NCBI RefSeq assembly: GCF_009834535.1
Contig: NC_045697.1
Span: 46,626,001-46,690,000, forward strand
Direction of reading: 5' to 3'
Length of the DNA stretch: 64,000 nucleotides
DNA from: Camelus ferus
Lineage: Eukaryota
Shown piece by piece: positions 25,527 through 38,837 of this stretch. How positions within the stretch are numbered: position 1 is the first letter of the stretch; the number at the start of each line of letters is the position of its first letter. Both the position numbers and the translations under genes were made by a program. The notes under the pieces are model-generated. The model was not told where the DNA came from. It did no database searches and saw only the letters and a program-made list of their open reading frames with translations.

Positions 25527-26223
25527 GACTAATCATGGTCCTGGAAATGACCTTAGTCACTTACTCCTTCGTCAGTCCAAGTATATAATATCATTGCTCC
25601 TCCGAAGTCCAGACAGCAGGGAAAGAGTAGTGATGTTGCCTAGTGGGTGGACTTCAAAATCAGGGAAGTAGAAGTGGCTACTTCCTGGTTTTGTATCATC
25701 AAACAGAATGGGAAATAGCATTAAATCGAATGGAAAATACTCTTTGGAGAACATATATAAAATCAGTCAAGGAACAAAGGGTCAGGCAGGATGAGCGAAG
25801 TCCAGGTTCCCTAGTATCTGTAGACTATCCCCACATTATCACACATGGCTTTCTTATCAAAGCAGAGGGAAGAGCATTTGTACCACTCTGGTCACTCAGA
25901 ACTTGACGTGGCAAATTAGGAAAATGTGCTGTGGGAAGCCTGGGGGTGGAGAAGGCAAGAAATTGAACATATTGGCTACTAATGCTTTTGATCCAATTCT
26001 CATGGCAGCTTACACCATAGCCTTCAAAACCCAATGGTGAGATGAATGCAGACAGGACATGTCAGATATTTCCTGTGTAGAACAATACTTTCCTGACTGT
26101 GAAATTCCTTCAAACCACATGCCACAAACGCAACTTAGCCTTGATTGCCCTTTCCTCATAAGACAGGAATGGTAGACCAGAGCAGAACAGCCATAATCAA
26201 GTTGGAAACAACCACAATTGTTG
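25527..26223 (+). pseudogene. Pseudo-exon H (phase 1 to 1, 697 nt, frameshifted), end of the GT34-like domain and start of the C-terminal region
   Basis: Acceptor tttgttgtttctatAG and donor TG|GTACTT. Segments across frameshifts: (G)LIMV / NDLSHLLLRQSKYIISLLLRSPDSRERVVMLPS / GGLQNQGSRSGYFLVLYHQTEWEIALNRMENTLWRTY...DYPHIITHGFLIK... / PFPHKTGMVDQSRTAIIKLETTTIV(G). Confidence 0.75.
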
Positions 26224-29200
26224 GTACTTGTTTTCACCCCACCCTCCACATTGTCTTAAATGTTGCCCAGCACTGGGTAATTGTTTGCTTTCTCTCCTCC
26301 CTAGTTCTCCTGTCCTCCTTACACTCCAACACCATTCCAACTACGCATTACTTCTCTCTCCATGCTTTGGTTCTGAATCTCCTAAAAGTACATTCAGAAA
26401 CTACATATTTACATCTACATGTTATGCATGTATTTGCATGCAGCCCCACTGTGCACTCACCAGTGTTACACATACATACACACACATACAATACAGAGAA
26501 AGGAAGAAAGAATATCGCAAGTTATGATAAGCAACTTCCCCAAAACTGTAAATGTCAGGAGCAGAGAACCTAGCAAAACAAAGTGCTCTTAATTTTAGTT
26601 TCCTTTGAAGGTCAGCAACCTGTGGCTAAAGACTAACACTCCTTTCTAATCGAAATCTTCAAGACAGTTTTTGTTCAGGTATGCTTAGTCCTTTTTCTGT
26701 AGATGATTTTAGAATTATTTTAGGGTGCATAAAAGTCAGTCTATGAAACTTCCTATTTTTGAACCCTCAGCAGTAGTCTAAATAATAACTCTTTATCCAA
26801 TAATCAACACTTACAAAATACCAACATGGTTTGATTTAAATTCTGGATTTCCGTCATCACGCGGCTCTAGTGGATCTGGTGTTTCACTATAATCTGCCTG
26901 AGACATATGTGCAGTACCATTCATTTTAATCTGTGTGATTTGTTCTAAAACCATGGAGGGTAGTCAGAGTGCATTTATACAGAGAAGCAAGGACTGTGAG
27001 TCCTATCACCTCTCTGGGGTCCATTTGTGGGCACATTAAAGGTTTTATATATTAAGAATCATTACTTTTTACTAATTTACTGTCAGATTTTCTAATTAGC
27101 CTCATAGCTTTTGGAAACAAATTGCATAAAACTCAGCACAAAATTCTGGTACAAATTTTCTTCATGCTTCTATTGTCGTATGTCCTGTTGGTATCCTAAA
27201 CCTGATATGCTATATAAAAAGTACACTATTATAAGAAAGATACTGTGCAAACTGTTATGCCAATATAATGTCACTATATGTTGCTATGTACCTGCCTTTG
27301 AAAACAGAACATACTGGTTATACCAAGGTCCATGATAGGCCCAAGAGCAAGAAAGAAACAGGGTCTTCTAAACCTTAACCCAAGTTTAAATACACCACTT
27401 GAGACTTTTCATTTTATTTTTTAACTAAAAGTTATTCTGGGATTCATTTTGTCATTTTTTGGCTTCTTTTTCTTAGTTAAATCATTTATTTGGAGAGTTT
27501 TTAAAAATTATTTTCCTTTGCCAGTTATTGATTATTAAATTGTAGTTCTCAGCTTGTGACTGCAATAACACATGTCTCCTAGTTGGAGTGAGATCACAAG
27601 ATTCCTTTTGAATGAATGTAAGGAAAATATACCACTACAGCAGAGCAAAAGTTGTGTGTATCCTAGACAGTTGAAGAAGGCTATTCAGGATACAAACTAA
27701 ACTAGAGATAGGTCTTGGGTTTTTCTTTAAACCACCTAATGATTAGATTAGAAATCCGGGAAACAGACGTGGAGAGTTGATCATTTCATCCATGTAGTTT
27801 TCTTTTGAGATTTTAATTCACTCATGTCAGCAAAAAATAATAGGTAAAGCACTGCTTTTTAATGTCCCCTAAAGTTGTTACTGCACAAAAATTGATTTAT
27901 TAGGAAATTTGAAATTGTCACCTCAAATCTCATTCATTATTTTTCACATAGCTCACTTTCTGATGTGAAATTATATTTAGATCTGTCTAAGCTCAATGCT
28001 CTTCAATATTTACTTACTTAATTTAACTCTTATTGAGCACCTTTTTATGATATAAGATGTACTGGAACATAGCATCTGTCTTATATATTGAGTATGCTAT
28101 ATAGAGAGATACATAACATATATATATACACAGATATATAGATTGGGAGGTAGCTTTACAAAAATAAATGCAGAATCGAACATACCAAAATAAATATGAT
28201 AAGGTGAAAATACAGTGTAGGTATTAAGAGAATAGAGAGCTTATTTTAAAATGCATTTCATTTTAATACATTTATCTTGTTATTTAACAACTACTTATTT
28301 GTGAGCCTGGCAATACAGTTGTCATAATTCATAAATACTATGGAAATTTCAAAACAGAAATTATTCCCAGATTCTATTCAGTAGTTGAAAATATTAAGTT
28401 GAATGCCAATTCATGTCCTATATAACAGCTCTATTTTCAGGAAGTCACAAAAATATTTCCACCAACTAAATCCTAACGATCCAATCATTCATTTTTTTTT
28501 TCATCTTGAACAAACGTGTCAAGTATCAAACAAGTTTTAAGCTTATTACACTGTATTTTTAAATTCTCTAGTTTCAGATGATTTCTATTATCCCTTTCTC
28601 CAAATATGGTCCTTTTCTTTGCTTTGTTTAAAATGGTTATATTTTCTTTTGCAAACTCGGAAAGCTAATGCAAGTGCAATACTGATAAATAAAAAGGCCA
28701 AAATTTCCAGATTTCCCCATGGAATTCCCCATTATCATTGTTCATATTGTTCTAATATAGTTCTCTGGCAAAACAATGAAAAAAAAACCAATCTCAGAAC
28801 ATACTGCAGAAAGAAGGAAGACAGAGGCTGACCCTCTCTTAACCATTTGTGGTAAAATCTCTTGCTAAAGAGAGCTCCCTGGAGGTTGTTATTTCTAGTT
28901 CATCAGAAGTCAGGTTACCTGATACTCTCTCATTTGAAAATTCCCAACTTCTTTATTACTTAGTGAAGGTCCTACAACCACTTCACAGTGAATTATGTGA
29001 CAAGCTATTAATAGCTTCATTCTGAACCCACCAAACAATTTCATGTCCTGTCACAATTCCATCAGCTCTCACTCATTAAAAATGCAAATTTTAAACTGTT
29101 TGCAAAGAAAATATGTGATCCATTTTTACTATGCCAGAGTGTTCAACAAGGTGCCGGAAAACTTAGAACACATTTAAAATTCAACATAATATTTTACTGA

Positions 29201-29994
29201 ACCACTACCAGATTCAACAGACTGTAAAAAAAAAAAAAAAAATCCACAAAGGTGAATAAGACAGGTCTAACTCTTACCGGTGGAAAAGACTTCAAAATGG
29301 TACCACGGGATGTGTTTTTAAGATGAATACATAAATAAAATAGTGGAGTGTTCTGGTGGAAGGAGACAGAAAGGCTGAGGGGCTAGGAGAAAAAGGCAAT
29401 TAAAGAAAGTTTCAGGACATAGATGATTCTCGGGTTTGGTCTTCAGGAGAAGGCAGTGGGTAGAGGATATTTCAGGCAGGAGAAATGAAATGAGCAACAG
29501 AAGAAGAAAAGTGCAAATGCTTCATAAACATTTACTGAACAAAATAGTCCTAGTGACAGTCAAATCTCTTTCTTTTTAAATTTTTTTGGCAATGAGTTGG
29601 ACTTCCCCACTTTAAAGTCTCCTGAACTTTTTGCGTGTTGAGTGTAGTTTGTCACTTTTTTATAATTGATTTCTGCAGATAAAGTGGATGCTTCCATATT
29701 CACCCGTCTGCTAATTAGGGATCATTTTGAAATGGAGTGTAAGGAAAAAGAAAAATAAAAGAGATCATGAAGCTGTGTTACATCTTGAAGTGCATTAAAA
29801 CATAAAAACAAAAAATAAGAACACACTCCAAATGACTCATTTGTTTTTTCAGTATTCCACAACTTAGTGACAATAACTGGCAGTATAATAATTTCACAGT
29901 GTCATCCTGGTGGAACATAGGGTTCCCATAAGAATACATTTCTATCTCCTTCAACATCACCATTAAAATGACTTATTTGTTTCTGATTAATTAG

Positions 29995-30179
29995 GACCCA
30001 GTTCCTTCCTTCTTGGCATGGCATTTTTCCTCCTGTTCAGTCTATCTGGACAGGCTAGATCTGCGTGGGCACGCACCAGTTTGTGAGATTCTGGATCAGA
30101 ACTCAGTGGCTTTGCAATAGCGATAAACCTAACTTCTGGTAACTGTGAATTTGTGTTCCAAAGTGCCACAAACCACACG
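29995..30179 (+). pseudogene. Pseudo-exon I (phase 1 to 0)
   Basis: Acceptor ttatttgtttctgattaattAG and strong donor CG|GTAAGA. Reads (G)PSSFLLGMAFFLLFSLSGQARSAWARTSL*DSGSELSGFAIAINLTSGNCEFVFQSATNHT with one TGA; phase fits exon H. Confidence 0.7.
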
Positions 30180-31942
30180 GTAAGATGCCACAAAAAGGAG
30201 CAATAACTAGGTCGTGTTTTTGGCAGTCTTCATGAAGCAGTAGCTCCAATGCTGGCTTGCCAGTGATTAAATAGAGCTGAGAAACATTTTTTTTTCCTTA
30301 TCTTCCTTCAGCCGAACAAAAAAAGCTCAGATTAACTGACAGAAAATGAAGAGAGAAAGGGAAAGCTCTTTGGAAAAGGGGAGTTTAACTGCCAACTACA
30401 CAAATTCCAATTATTTGTATCCTGTAAGAGTAGAAGTTGAATAAGGGTGCTCACCATGGGCGTAGCCAGAGTGGTGTGTGTGCATGCATGTGCCCGAGCG
30501 TATGCATGAGTGTGTGTGTTGGGGGAAGGATTTTGTCGGGATGAGGTGGAGGTGAGAGTCTTCTCTCACTTCTCCACAACCCTGTCATTGTGCACTGTTT
30601 GACTGTCAACAAAGTCTCCAGAAGGATGTCACTTCCTAGGACTTTTCATTACATCATCGTTAGGTAATTAATTCACTTGCTATTTTGGAAAAGCAAAACA
30701 ATATGCTAGACTTGGTGGCATAACATTAAATTCCAGGAGAGGCTGAGCCTTTTCTGGGCAGAAATTACTCTCTCTTAGCAGCACGACTGGAAGTTTAGCT
30801 TAGCATATCCCAAACATAAGTGGCACTGCTGTTCAAATCTGCCCTGCGCAAAGACATACTCAACTTTTTAGTTCTGAACGTATTCTTTCCAATGAGTTCA
30901 TGATTCTCAATAATTAAACAATGACTATGTAAGAAGGTGAAAGGTTAAGATAAAACAGGAGAGCAAACATTTGGGAGAAAGCATTAAGGAAGCTAAATCG
31001 ACATGCTTTGTAAAATGCCAGAATTATTACCTTTCAGGGTGTGTAGAAAAGAAATTATCATAAAATATAACACTTCTTTCTCTCCTTATCCTAGTAAATC
31101 CAGTCGACAGGATTTAGCACTGGGAAGAAGCCCAGAAGGTCTGAAATCCTGTAAGAAAAAAAGTGTATTTTTAGAATTATGGTAACAGCTGCTAAGAAAT
31201 GTATTTCTATTTTGTAGTAAGTCTAAGCTGCCTAACATAAATGTGTGGTAGAGAAAGATAACATAGATAAGGCAAGTGAAGAGAATTATAGCAAAGTGAA
31301 CACTATCTTTGGTTGTTGTTGAAAGAAAAATTGAGTACTAAAGATGGCATTTCCTCAAAATAAAACTATAAACTGTATATCTAACAGCTAAAATTAGATA
31401 GCAAGCATCTCTCTTTCTCAAGTTTGCCCCACTTTCCCCTATCATCCTTCTATTTCTCATCTATTTAAAATTTTTTCCTAATGGAAACTTGGGGAGCATT
31501 AACATAGTGGTAGAGATCTTAAAAAAAATCATCTTCTGAAGTCCCCAAAATACACTACCACCCTCTCAGATGTATAATATGCTATCAAATTTTCACATTA
31601 AAACATCTCACTTATATATCCCATTTAAAGATATTTAAATAAAACTCTGATTTGATAAGAGAACCATTTTACAAATGACTAAGGTAACTATTATTTTCCT
31701 ATGATGAAATTTTTGATTCAAGTTTATTACTAAAGAATAGAGTAAAAATAAGAAGAAACACATATGCCTGCAATCCTTTCACAAATAGGTATATAATACT
31801 TTAGATTTTGCTTTGCCTATGATTGGATTTGTTGAAAAATAAAAACATCACGTATTTGGGAAATGGTTATCTATTATCAAACATAATATTTGTGTTATGT
31901 TTCTAACCCTTGGGTTTCTTTTACCTTTGGAATTGGTGGCAG

Positions 31943-32059
31943 AGGCCACTCCTCTCAACAAAAGCACATAGGCTCTTTCCTTTGGGGACTTTCCTATTTG
32001 ATCTTTACTGGGAAACAGCCTGAGGTTGGTATCAAACTGAGATACTGTGCGTGTGGTTG
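31943..32059 (+). pseudogene. Pseudo-exon J (phase 0 to 0, 117 nt)
   Basis: Acceptor after tttcttttacctttgg...gcAG and donor TG|GTAACC. Reads RPLLSTKAHRLFPLGTFLFDLYWETA*GWYQTEILCVWL with one TGA. Confidence 0.55.
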
Positions 32060-33059
32060 GTAACCTAGGGACTGCTACAGAAATTTAATGATTGTTTTAC
32101 TAATTATATTAATAACACTGTCACTATGATTGATAACAATTACTAAATGAACACTCGGGAAGGTCGATGTTTCAGAAAGTTAAAAAAAAATCTCAAAAAT
32201 GCTCTTAATAATTATTGTGGTTTAGAATAACACATTTTAGTTAGTCTTTACCTTTGCTTTCCTAAATTTTCTTGGAAATGTTCTGTAGTTTTCTCTGAAG
32301 GTGACATATACATATAAAAGTCAGCACACTATATTTCTCTCATTCATTTTCTAGAAGATGGAACTCATCTCCATCATCAACTACCCCTCCTTCTACTCCC
32401 TTCCCGACTTAATTCAAATGTATATTCTCTTTCTCTCCCACTGTCCTTCTGGTTTACTGGCTGGTATTCTTTCTCACTCTTAAATCCTTTCTCTTCATTA
32501 TCATGTACTTCAGATACTCGGGAAAGCATTCCTCAGAGAATCCAAAAAGGTGCTTGCAATCTGTTTAACACACAGCCCACCTCCAGCTCCCACGATACAA
32601 CCTATCCCAGTTTTACAATGTCATCTTTCTTCCCTTTTGACAACAGGAAAAAAAAGTAATTTCAAATAGTGTTGTTCATATATGACCATAAAATATGCCC
32701 AGGAACCACTTTAGAAAGAAATATTGTGCTCAGTCTGGTACCCTGGGAAAGGACAAGTATGGGGAATCTTTTGGCTCCTTTAAAGCTGGGACTATGTCTT
32801 ATTTTTCCTTCTATCAGCAGCATCTATCACAAGGACTAACACTGCAGGAAATGTTCAGGTATCTGTTACATCAAATTTAATTGTTTCCATTTCAATACAA
32901 ATTGAACATTTTATGAGTCAAGTTTCCCAATCTGTAATGTTTACTGAATTCCAAAATATTTATTCTCCCAATGAGTTACATTCTGCTACAGAAACCACAA
33001 AATACAGGAGAAGGGATGATCAACTGCTAGGCAACTACAGTCCTTCAGTTAATGATCAA

Positions 33060-33310
33060 AATAGTATCTTTCATATACTGAGTATTTCTGTGTATCAGGC
33101 ATTGTTCTAAACACTTTACATACTTACCTAATTTAAACCCTAAAAGAAAAGTATAAAGCATATATTTTATTTTATAAATTTATTTATAAATAAAGCAATT
33201 ATTTTAAAGATGAGTAAACTCAGGCACAAAAAGGATAAATAACTTGCCCAAGATCACACAACTGGTAAGTGATGGAGTTGGCATTTAATCAATGAAATCT
33301 AACTTGAGAG
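33060..33310 (-). mobile_element. MIR SINE
   Basis: ttttaaagatgagtaaactcaggcacaaaaaggataaataacttgcccaagatcacacaactggtaagtgatggag. Confidence 0.88.
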
Positions 33311-33644
33311 TGAACAAATTTAAAACTATAGTTTCAGGTTTATATGACAAATTTTAGTTCCACATTAAATAGTAACTGGTGTTTATTACCTCCAAAAGGT
33401 CACAAAATTTATTTATTTAAACTTTCTTACTATTTATTTAAACTTTCTTATTACGTACTGTTAATGACTGCCACAACTTTCACAAGGAAAATATAAGTAA
33501 CTTAATATAGGGATCTCTGAAATATTAAATAATAAATAATACATCTGCAGACACAAAATATCTATTTTTAGAGGAGAGGTAGAAAAAGAATATTCATGAA
33601 AAGCTTGAAAACTGAAAGGTTGGCTGGGAGACTAGACTTACTTG

Positions 33645-34163
33645 AGAAGAGCAGATTGAAAACATGGCCACAATTCTTCCTCTTCTGGAACTAAGTCCCT
33701 TACAAAATAACTTGGCCACCTCTTCCATTAAGAGGACTCTATTTCTCCATCCCTTACATCTGAGCTGTCCTTTAACTTGATTTGGCCAATAGAAAGTGGA
33801 GGAAATTTTGTGCCCATTCTAAGCCAAGGTTTCAAGGGGTTTTCCATGATTCCACTCTTGCCCTTCGAGCCCGGGAACTGCCAGATCAGCAAGCCCTGGC
33901 GAGCCTGCTAGATGCTGAGAGCGATGCAGCAGAGTAGCATCATTGCCTCACCCAACATCAGCCAGTTCCCAGAAGCAGATCCACCTAGCTGACCTGTCAG
34001 TTTAACACTGATGCTAGGCAAACCCAGTCAAGATCCACAGGTCTGGCTCAGATCAACACAACAGCCCATCTGACCCACAGACTTGTGAAAAATAATAAAT
34101 TGTTACTGTTTCAAGCATCTAAGTTTTAGAGTGGTTTGTTATGCAGTAATAGATAACTGATGT
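33645..34163 (+). mobile_element. MaLR solo LTR (MLT1G/H-like)
   Basis: tttggccaatagaa...; ends aataataaattgttactgtttcaagcatctaagttttagagtggtttgttatgcagtaatagataactgat. Confidence 0.85.
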
Positions 34164-35499
34164 AGCACATATTATAATTACTTAGATATTAATAGTGCTG
34201 CTTTAATGTATAAATGTGCTTGCTATTTATCCTGACTGACATGATGTACTCTCACTCTTTTCTAATTGCTGAAACTTTCCTAAAAAGCATCAAAGTAAAA
34301 AGAAAGTTTGCTTATATGACAAATTTCATCTTTGCCGTCTATGGTGGTGGCATTGCCCATAATGATTTGTCATGTAATTTTATTTTCAAAGCTCAAAATT
34401 AATTACAAACATGAAACAAATCATGATGTTAAGACATACATTAAAAACAAATTGCAATCTCAAAATGGATAATTTACAGCTTGGAAAATTAATTGATTAA
34501 ACTCAAAGTGCATAAAAATAATTGGAAAAACTGAGTGAACAAACCAATGACAATGCTATCCAACTAAATAAAAAAGAATATATAATGAGCAAAACCACAG
34601 CCAAAAAAATCAATAGTTGTAATTAAACCATAAGACCCTGAGTGGAGATAAGCTGAAATCCCAATTTGGGGAGTATCACTATATTAAGAGGTTGGGGAGA
34701 TGACACAAGAAATCAAATCCTGTCTCTTAAGCAAAATCAAAGTAGAAACCATAATGTTGGCATTAAAATCAGCCATGGGCTTAAGAAATACAAAATATGT
34801 AATAGATATTAAACATTAAAGCATTAAATCAGCACTACAAATATATAAGTAATTTAATATGTACTGTATCTGTTATCTATTACTGTCTATCCTATTCCTT
34901 TCAATTTTTTTGGCCTGGCTTCTGTGAAAGTCTATAGCTACAGAATTTTTTCAAGATATTGTCTAAGACCCAGAAATAGTCAGAGAAATAAAGCAAATAA
35001 CAATATAGCATTTTTACGCCAAATAGAATTTTGTTCTAAGCCTAATTTTTAATCGTATTATTTTAAATTGAATACTTATTATCCTTTTTTCTTTTTATAA
35101 ACTATAGTTGATATACATTATATAAGTTGCAAGTATACAATATAGTGATTCAAAATGTTTAAAGGTCATACTCCATTTATAGTTATTATAAAATAATGGC
35201 TATATTTATATTTATATTAAGACTGAAGAGGATTTGGATTCTTACATTTAAAACAAATATTGCAAAGCATTTAAACATGGTTACATTACAAAGATTCACA
35301 TAGAGAAATTCAATAAAAATAAAACATTTTAAGCATCATTGTTTGCATAACAAACTATTTTTAATTTTGTCTAAAATCAATATTACAAAATTGAAGTTAG
35401 CTAGGTTTTCATCAATTTGCCAAAGAATTAAATACTTAATTCCATAGTCAGGGTTTGGCAGCTTTTCAGAAGAATTGTGCCGGTAATTCATCCATGAAT

Positions 35500-35700
35500 T
35501 TTGGGTTTACTCAAAAGCAGATCCTAAGACCAGAACTTACGTTCAAATAGTTTTTTGGGGACTGATCAGGGAAGCAAAAGTGAAGGAATGGGGAAAGTGA
35601 GCAAGGAAGGGTAAATAAAAATTCATAAATGTATACTAATTAGTTTTTTGCCATTGTTGGCAACTAGGACTCAATTTGCTGCAGACATTTTTAGGAACAT
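35500..35700 (-). mobile_element. ERVL LTR fragment (LTR16-like)
   Basis: gggtttactcaaaagcagatcctaagacc...tagttttttggg...ggggaaagtgagcaaggaaggg. Confidence 0.55.
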
Positions 35701-36149
35701 TGTAAAACATGGAGTCAAAAAATACAAAGAAAGTGGTCAAATTTTATCAAATCCCTAGACCCTCAGTCTCTGTAGAAAAACTTGATAAATTCCAAGCACA
35801 ATGTCTATTGGTATTAGCAGTTATAAAAAGATAAAGGGAAAGAATTACTGGCTTAGACAGCAGAACTAAGAAAAATGACCTACACATTCTACTAGGCGAA
35901 TTATTTGTGCATTTATTCATTCACTTTTCCACAAACATTTTCTAAATGCTGATTATGCTAGAGAACCTTTATCAAAGTCTCTGGTGGTCAACTTAAATGA
36001 ATTCTTGCACGGTAGATCTATAAACACTTCTTTACACTCTATTGAAAACTAATGTGATTCCTGAATTTATTTATGCTATAATTCAAATATTGTTTAGTGA
36101 GTATCTTTTTGGCTGTGAGTTCTCATTAAGAACTCTGCTAGGAAGGCAA

Positions 36150-37436
36150 TTTAGGGGAGAAAAGACAGTCTTTTCATCAGGTAATGTTGATACCGTCAGA
36201 CATCCACATGCAAAAAAAAAAAAAAAACTTCAACCTCTACCTCATACCACATACACAAATTAACTAAAAGTATATCATGAACTTAAACATAAAACTGCAA
36301 ATGATAAGACTGTGAGAAGAAAACTTAAGTGAAAAACCTTTGTGCCTTTTGGTAAGCAAAGATTTTTCAATATGATGCAAAAAGAATGATCCATAAAAAT
36401 CAAATTGATATATTGAACCTCATTACAATTAAAAATTTCTGCTCTTCATAACTTCAGGAGAACAAAAAGCAAGCCAGAGAATGAAAGAAAATATCTGCAA
36501 AGCATATATCTGATAAAGGAGATGTATCCAAAGAACTCTTAAAACTCAACAAGAAGAAAACAAACAACCTAATTTAAAAATGGGCAGCAGATTTAACAGC
36601 CATATTACTAAAGAAAATATAAAAAATCAAATCAGAACATGAAAAAATGTTCAACATGATTAATTAATAGGAAAATGCAAATTAAAGCAACATTAAACTA
36701 CTACCCACCAATTTAAATGGTTAAATTTAAAAAAACTAATCATACTAAGCCTTGGAGAAGATACAGAAGAACTAGAACTTTATACACTGTTGATAAGAAT
36801 GGCAAAAACTACTTCGGAAAACAGTATGTCAGTTTCTTTAAAAGTTAAAAATATAACTACTATATGATCCAACCATTCCCCTTCTAGATATTTTCCTAAG
36901 AGAACAGAAAGCACACATCAACAGAAACATTGATACATGAATGTTCATAGTAGTTTTATTTTTAAGAGCCCCAAACTGGAAACCACTCAAATATCCATCG
37001 AGAGATGAATATAGATGGACGAACTATGCTCTTTCCATACAATTAAATGCTACTCAATGAAAAGGAATAAGCAACAATATACACAATAACATGGATAAAT
37101 CTCAAAATAATTATGCTGACTGAAAGAATCCAGACAAGACAAGAATGTCACTGTATGGTTCTGTTTGTATAAAATTCTAGAAAGACAAACTAATCTACAG
37201 TGATAAAGATTTTCTCAGTAGCTTCCTGGTGAGAGGGAGTAAGAAGGAATGGAAAGAAAGGATTTTAAAGGGACACCAGGAAAAAAATCTGAGGGTGACA
37301 CTATGTTCTTATCTCGATTGCAGCGATTATTTCACAGGTATAAACATTTGTCAAAACTTTTTAAATTGCATGCTTTAAATATAAACAATTTACTGTATGT
37401 TAGTCATACCTCAATAAAGCTGTTAAAAAAAAAAAA
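36150..37436 (+). mobile_element. Old L1 (L1MD/ME-like) ORF2 end and 3' UTR with poly(A)
   Basis: aaatgcaaattaaagcaaca, tatgatccaaccattcccctt, cctcaataaagctgttaaaaaaaaaaa. Confidence 0.9.
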
Positions 37437-37556
37437 CACAACTCTGTCTGGTCTAGGTTATGTCAAACATATGTTAAAATTAGTGACCTTACAAGTCATA
37501 AGAATATTGATTAGCCCAAGCTGAGACAATCTGGTTGTGACTGAGTCTGTCTGCAG

Positions 37557-37769
37557 GTCCTGAGAAGGGGATACTGAATGACACAGTTCAAAGAAACCCA
37601 AAGACAGAGATAACAGTGGACTATAGCTGACAGAATAGGTAAGCAGCCCCAAGAAAAAATAACATCTATTGGAAACACATAGGGATTGGCCCCTGTCCTG
37701 ACATTTAAAATTGTGCTCTGTGCCATCTTTGGCTGCTGTCTCCTACCCCACATTGCTGCTATCACAATG
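37557..37769 (+). pseudogene. Candidate pseudo-exon K (213 nt; phase 0 to 0, true frame ambiguous)
   Basis: Acceptor tctgtctgcAG and donor TG|GTAAAT; three stops in the end-to-end frame; a competing donor AG|GTAAGC at 37638. Confidence 0.35.
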
Positions 37770-37881
37770 GTAAATACAGCCATTTCAAGGGAACAATTGT
37801 TCTGGTTTTTTCCCAATATACAAAGGAATATGTTGGCAATATGAAAATGCCTACATTTGCAGAAAATGACTTTTGTTTTAG

Positions 37882-38016
37882 AATTTGAAATGGGATTGGG
37901 TGAATAAATGTGTAACTGTTCAGGGAACTTTATCCCTGAGATGCTTCTAAACACCACATTTGATAGCTCAGCTGTCAGATTGGGTGCGTCATGTCCTATT
38001 TTCCAAAACCAGTAAG
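37882..38016 (+). pseudogene. Pseudo-exon L (phase 0 to 0, 135 nt)
   Basis: Acceptor gacttttgttttAG and donor AAG|GTAAAC. Reads NLKWDWVNKCVTVQGTLSLRCF*TPHLIAQLSDWVRHVLFSKTSK with one TAA. Confidence 0.55.
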
Positions 38017-38148
38017 GTAAACCTATTTACATGATTTACTGGAACACTGCGGTCAGTGGTTGCAGTCATTTAACACAGGGCTGTAAAACTTGAAAACCAA
38101 TCCATGCTTCTTCCTGACATACAGCTTCAATGCCCGTTTCTCTTTCAG

Positions 38149-38288
38149 CTAAAGCTCTTTCTTCAATTTAATCCTCCTTCAGACTCTTTTAAACAGAGTA
38201 CTATACCATATTTTGCTGTTAAATCATGAAAAATGATAGAATCTCTACACTTTTTCAAGAGTCATTGTCACATCATACCCTCCAATAG
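38149..38288 (+). pseudogene. Pseudo-exon M (phase 0 to 2, 140 nt)
   Basis: Acceptor cccgtttctctttcAG and donor AG|GTAATA. Reads LKLFLQFNPPSDSFKQSTIPYFAVKS*KMIESLHFFKSHCHIIPSN with one TGA. Confidence 0.5.
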
Positions 38289-38837
38289 GTAATATACCGC
38301 TTGAGTCAGTAATTTCAACTATTTGTATGCATTTCAGGTTTGCCAATTACCCTTCCAAGCTGTAAATTGCCTATTTTGAGAGCATAATTTGATTTTTAAT
38401 GTTTGCCTTAACAGCCTGATTTGTTTTGTCTTTTGATTTGTTTCACATTTTAGTAATTAATTTTAAGCTGACAATGTCTCTTCTAAAAGGAAGGTGGGGA
38501 TTGAAAGCCTTTTAGAGCTACAGCAGTTTGATACTAATATAAATTTCTGTCTAGTGCCATAGACCTTAAGCAAAAAATGTCATGCTCCTTCTTTTCTTTG
38601 GAAAGGAGTCATCACTTCTTTTCCAGGAGATATGCTAGCTTGAGTTTCAGATACACACTGCATAAACCCCAAGTTTAAACACACATGAATAAGCAAAATT
38701 GGCCATAAGAAGTATATTCAAAACAGAAGTGATATTTCTCAAATCATCAGTGTAAAAATAAAAACAAAAATGTGTCTTGGAGTTATGTAAATGTATTTGG
38801 CCTCATATGTCCTCTGATACTCACTGTTTGTCTTTAG

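Noticed and set aside
25527..26223. Endogenous non-retroviral viral element or processed pseudogene
   Set aside because: No bornavirus or parvovirus motifs recognised and no poly(A) or TSD; it is bounded by splice sites in phase with neighbouring exons.
31095..31150. Exon-like unit with a strong pyrimidine tract and T|GTAAGA
   Set aside because: Its phase-0 frame begins with TAA, so it does not chain between exons I and J; treated as chance or non-coding.
31984..31994. Perfect NF-kB site GGGGACTTTCC
   Set aside because: A single motif inside a probable former coding exon, with no promoter context.
31925..32074. Open 150-nt minus-strand exon-like frame (VPRLPTTRTVSQFDTNLRLFP...)
   Set aside because: Weak pyrimidine tract; better explained as the antisense shadow of + strand pseudo-exon J.
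33410..33450. 21-bp tandem duplication tatttatttaaactttctta
   Set aside because: Ordinary slippage duplication in AT-rich DNA; two copies only, not an array.
37511..37957. 148-aa minus-strand ORF
   Set aside because: No ATG start or recognisable family; it overlaps + strand candidate exons K and L and is probably their shadow.
304..38288. Selenoprotein reading of the many in-frame TGA codons
   Set aside because: TAA/TAG stops and frameshifts occur in the same exons, so this is ordinary pseudogene decay.
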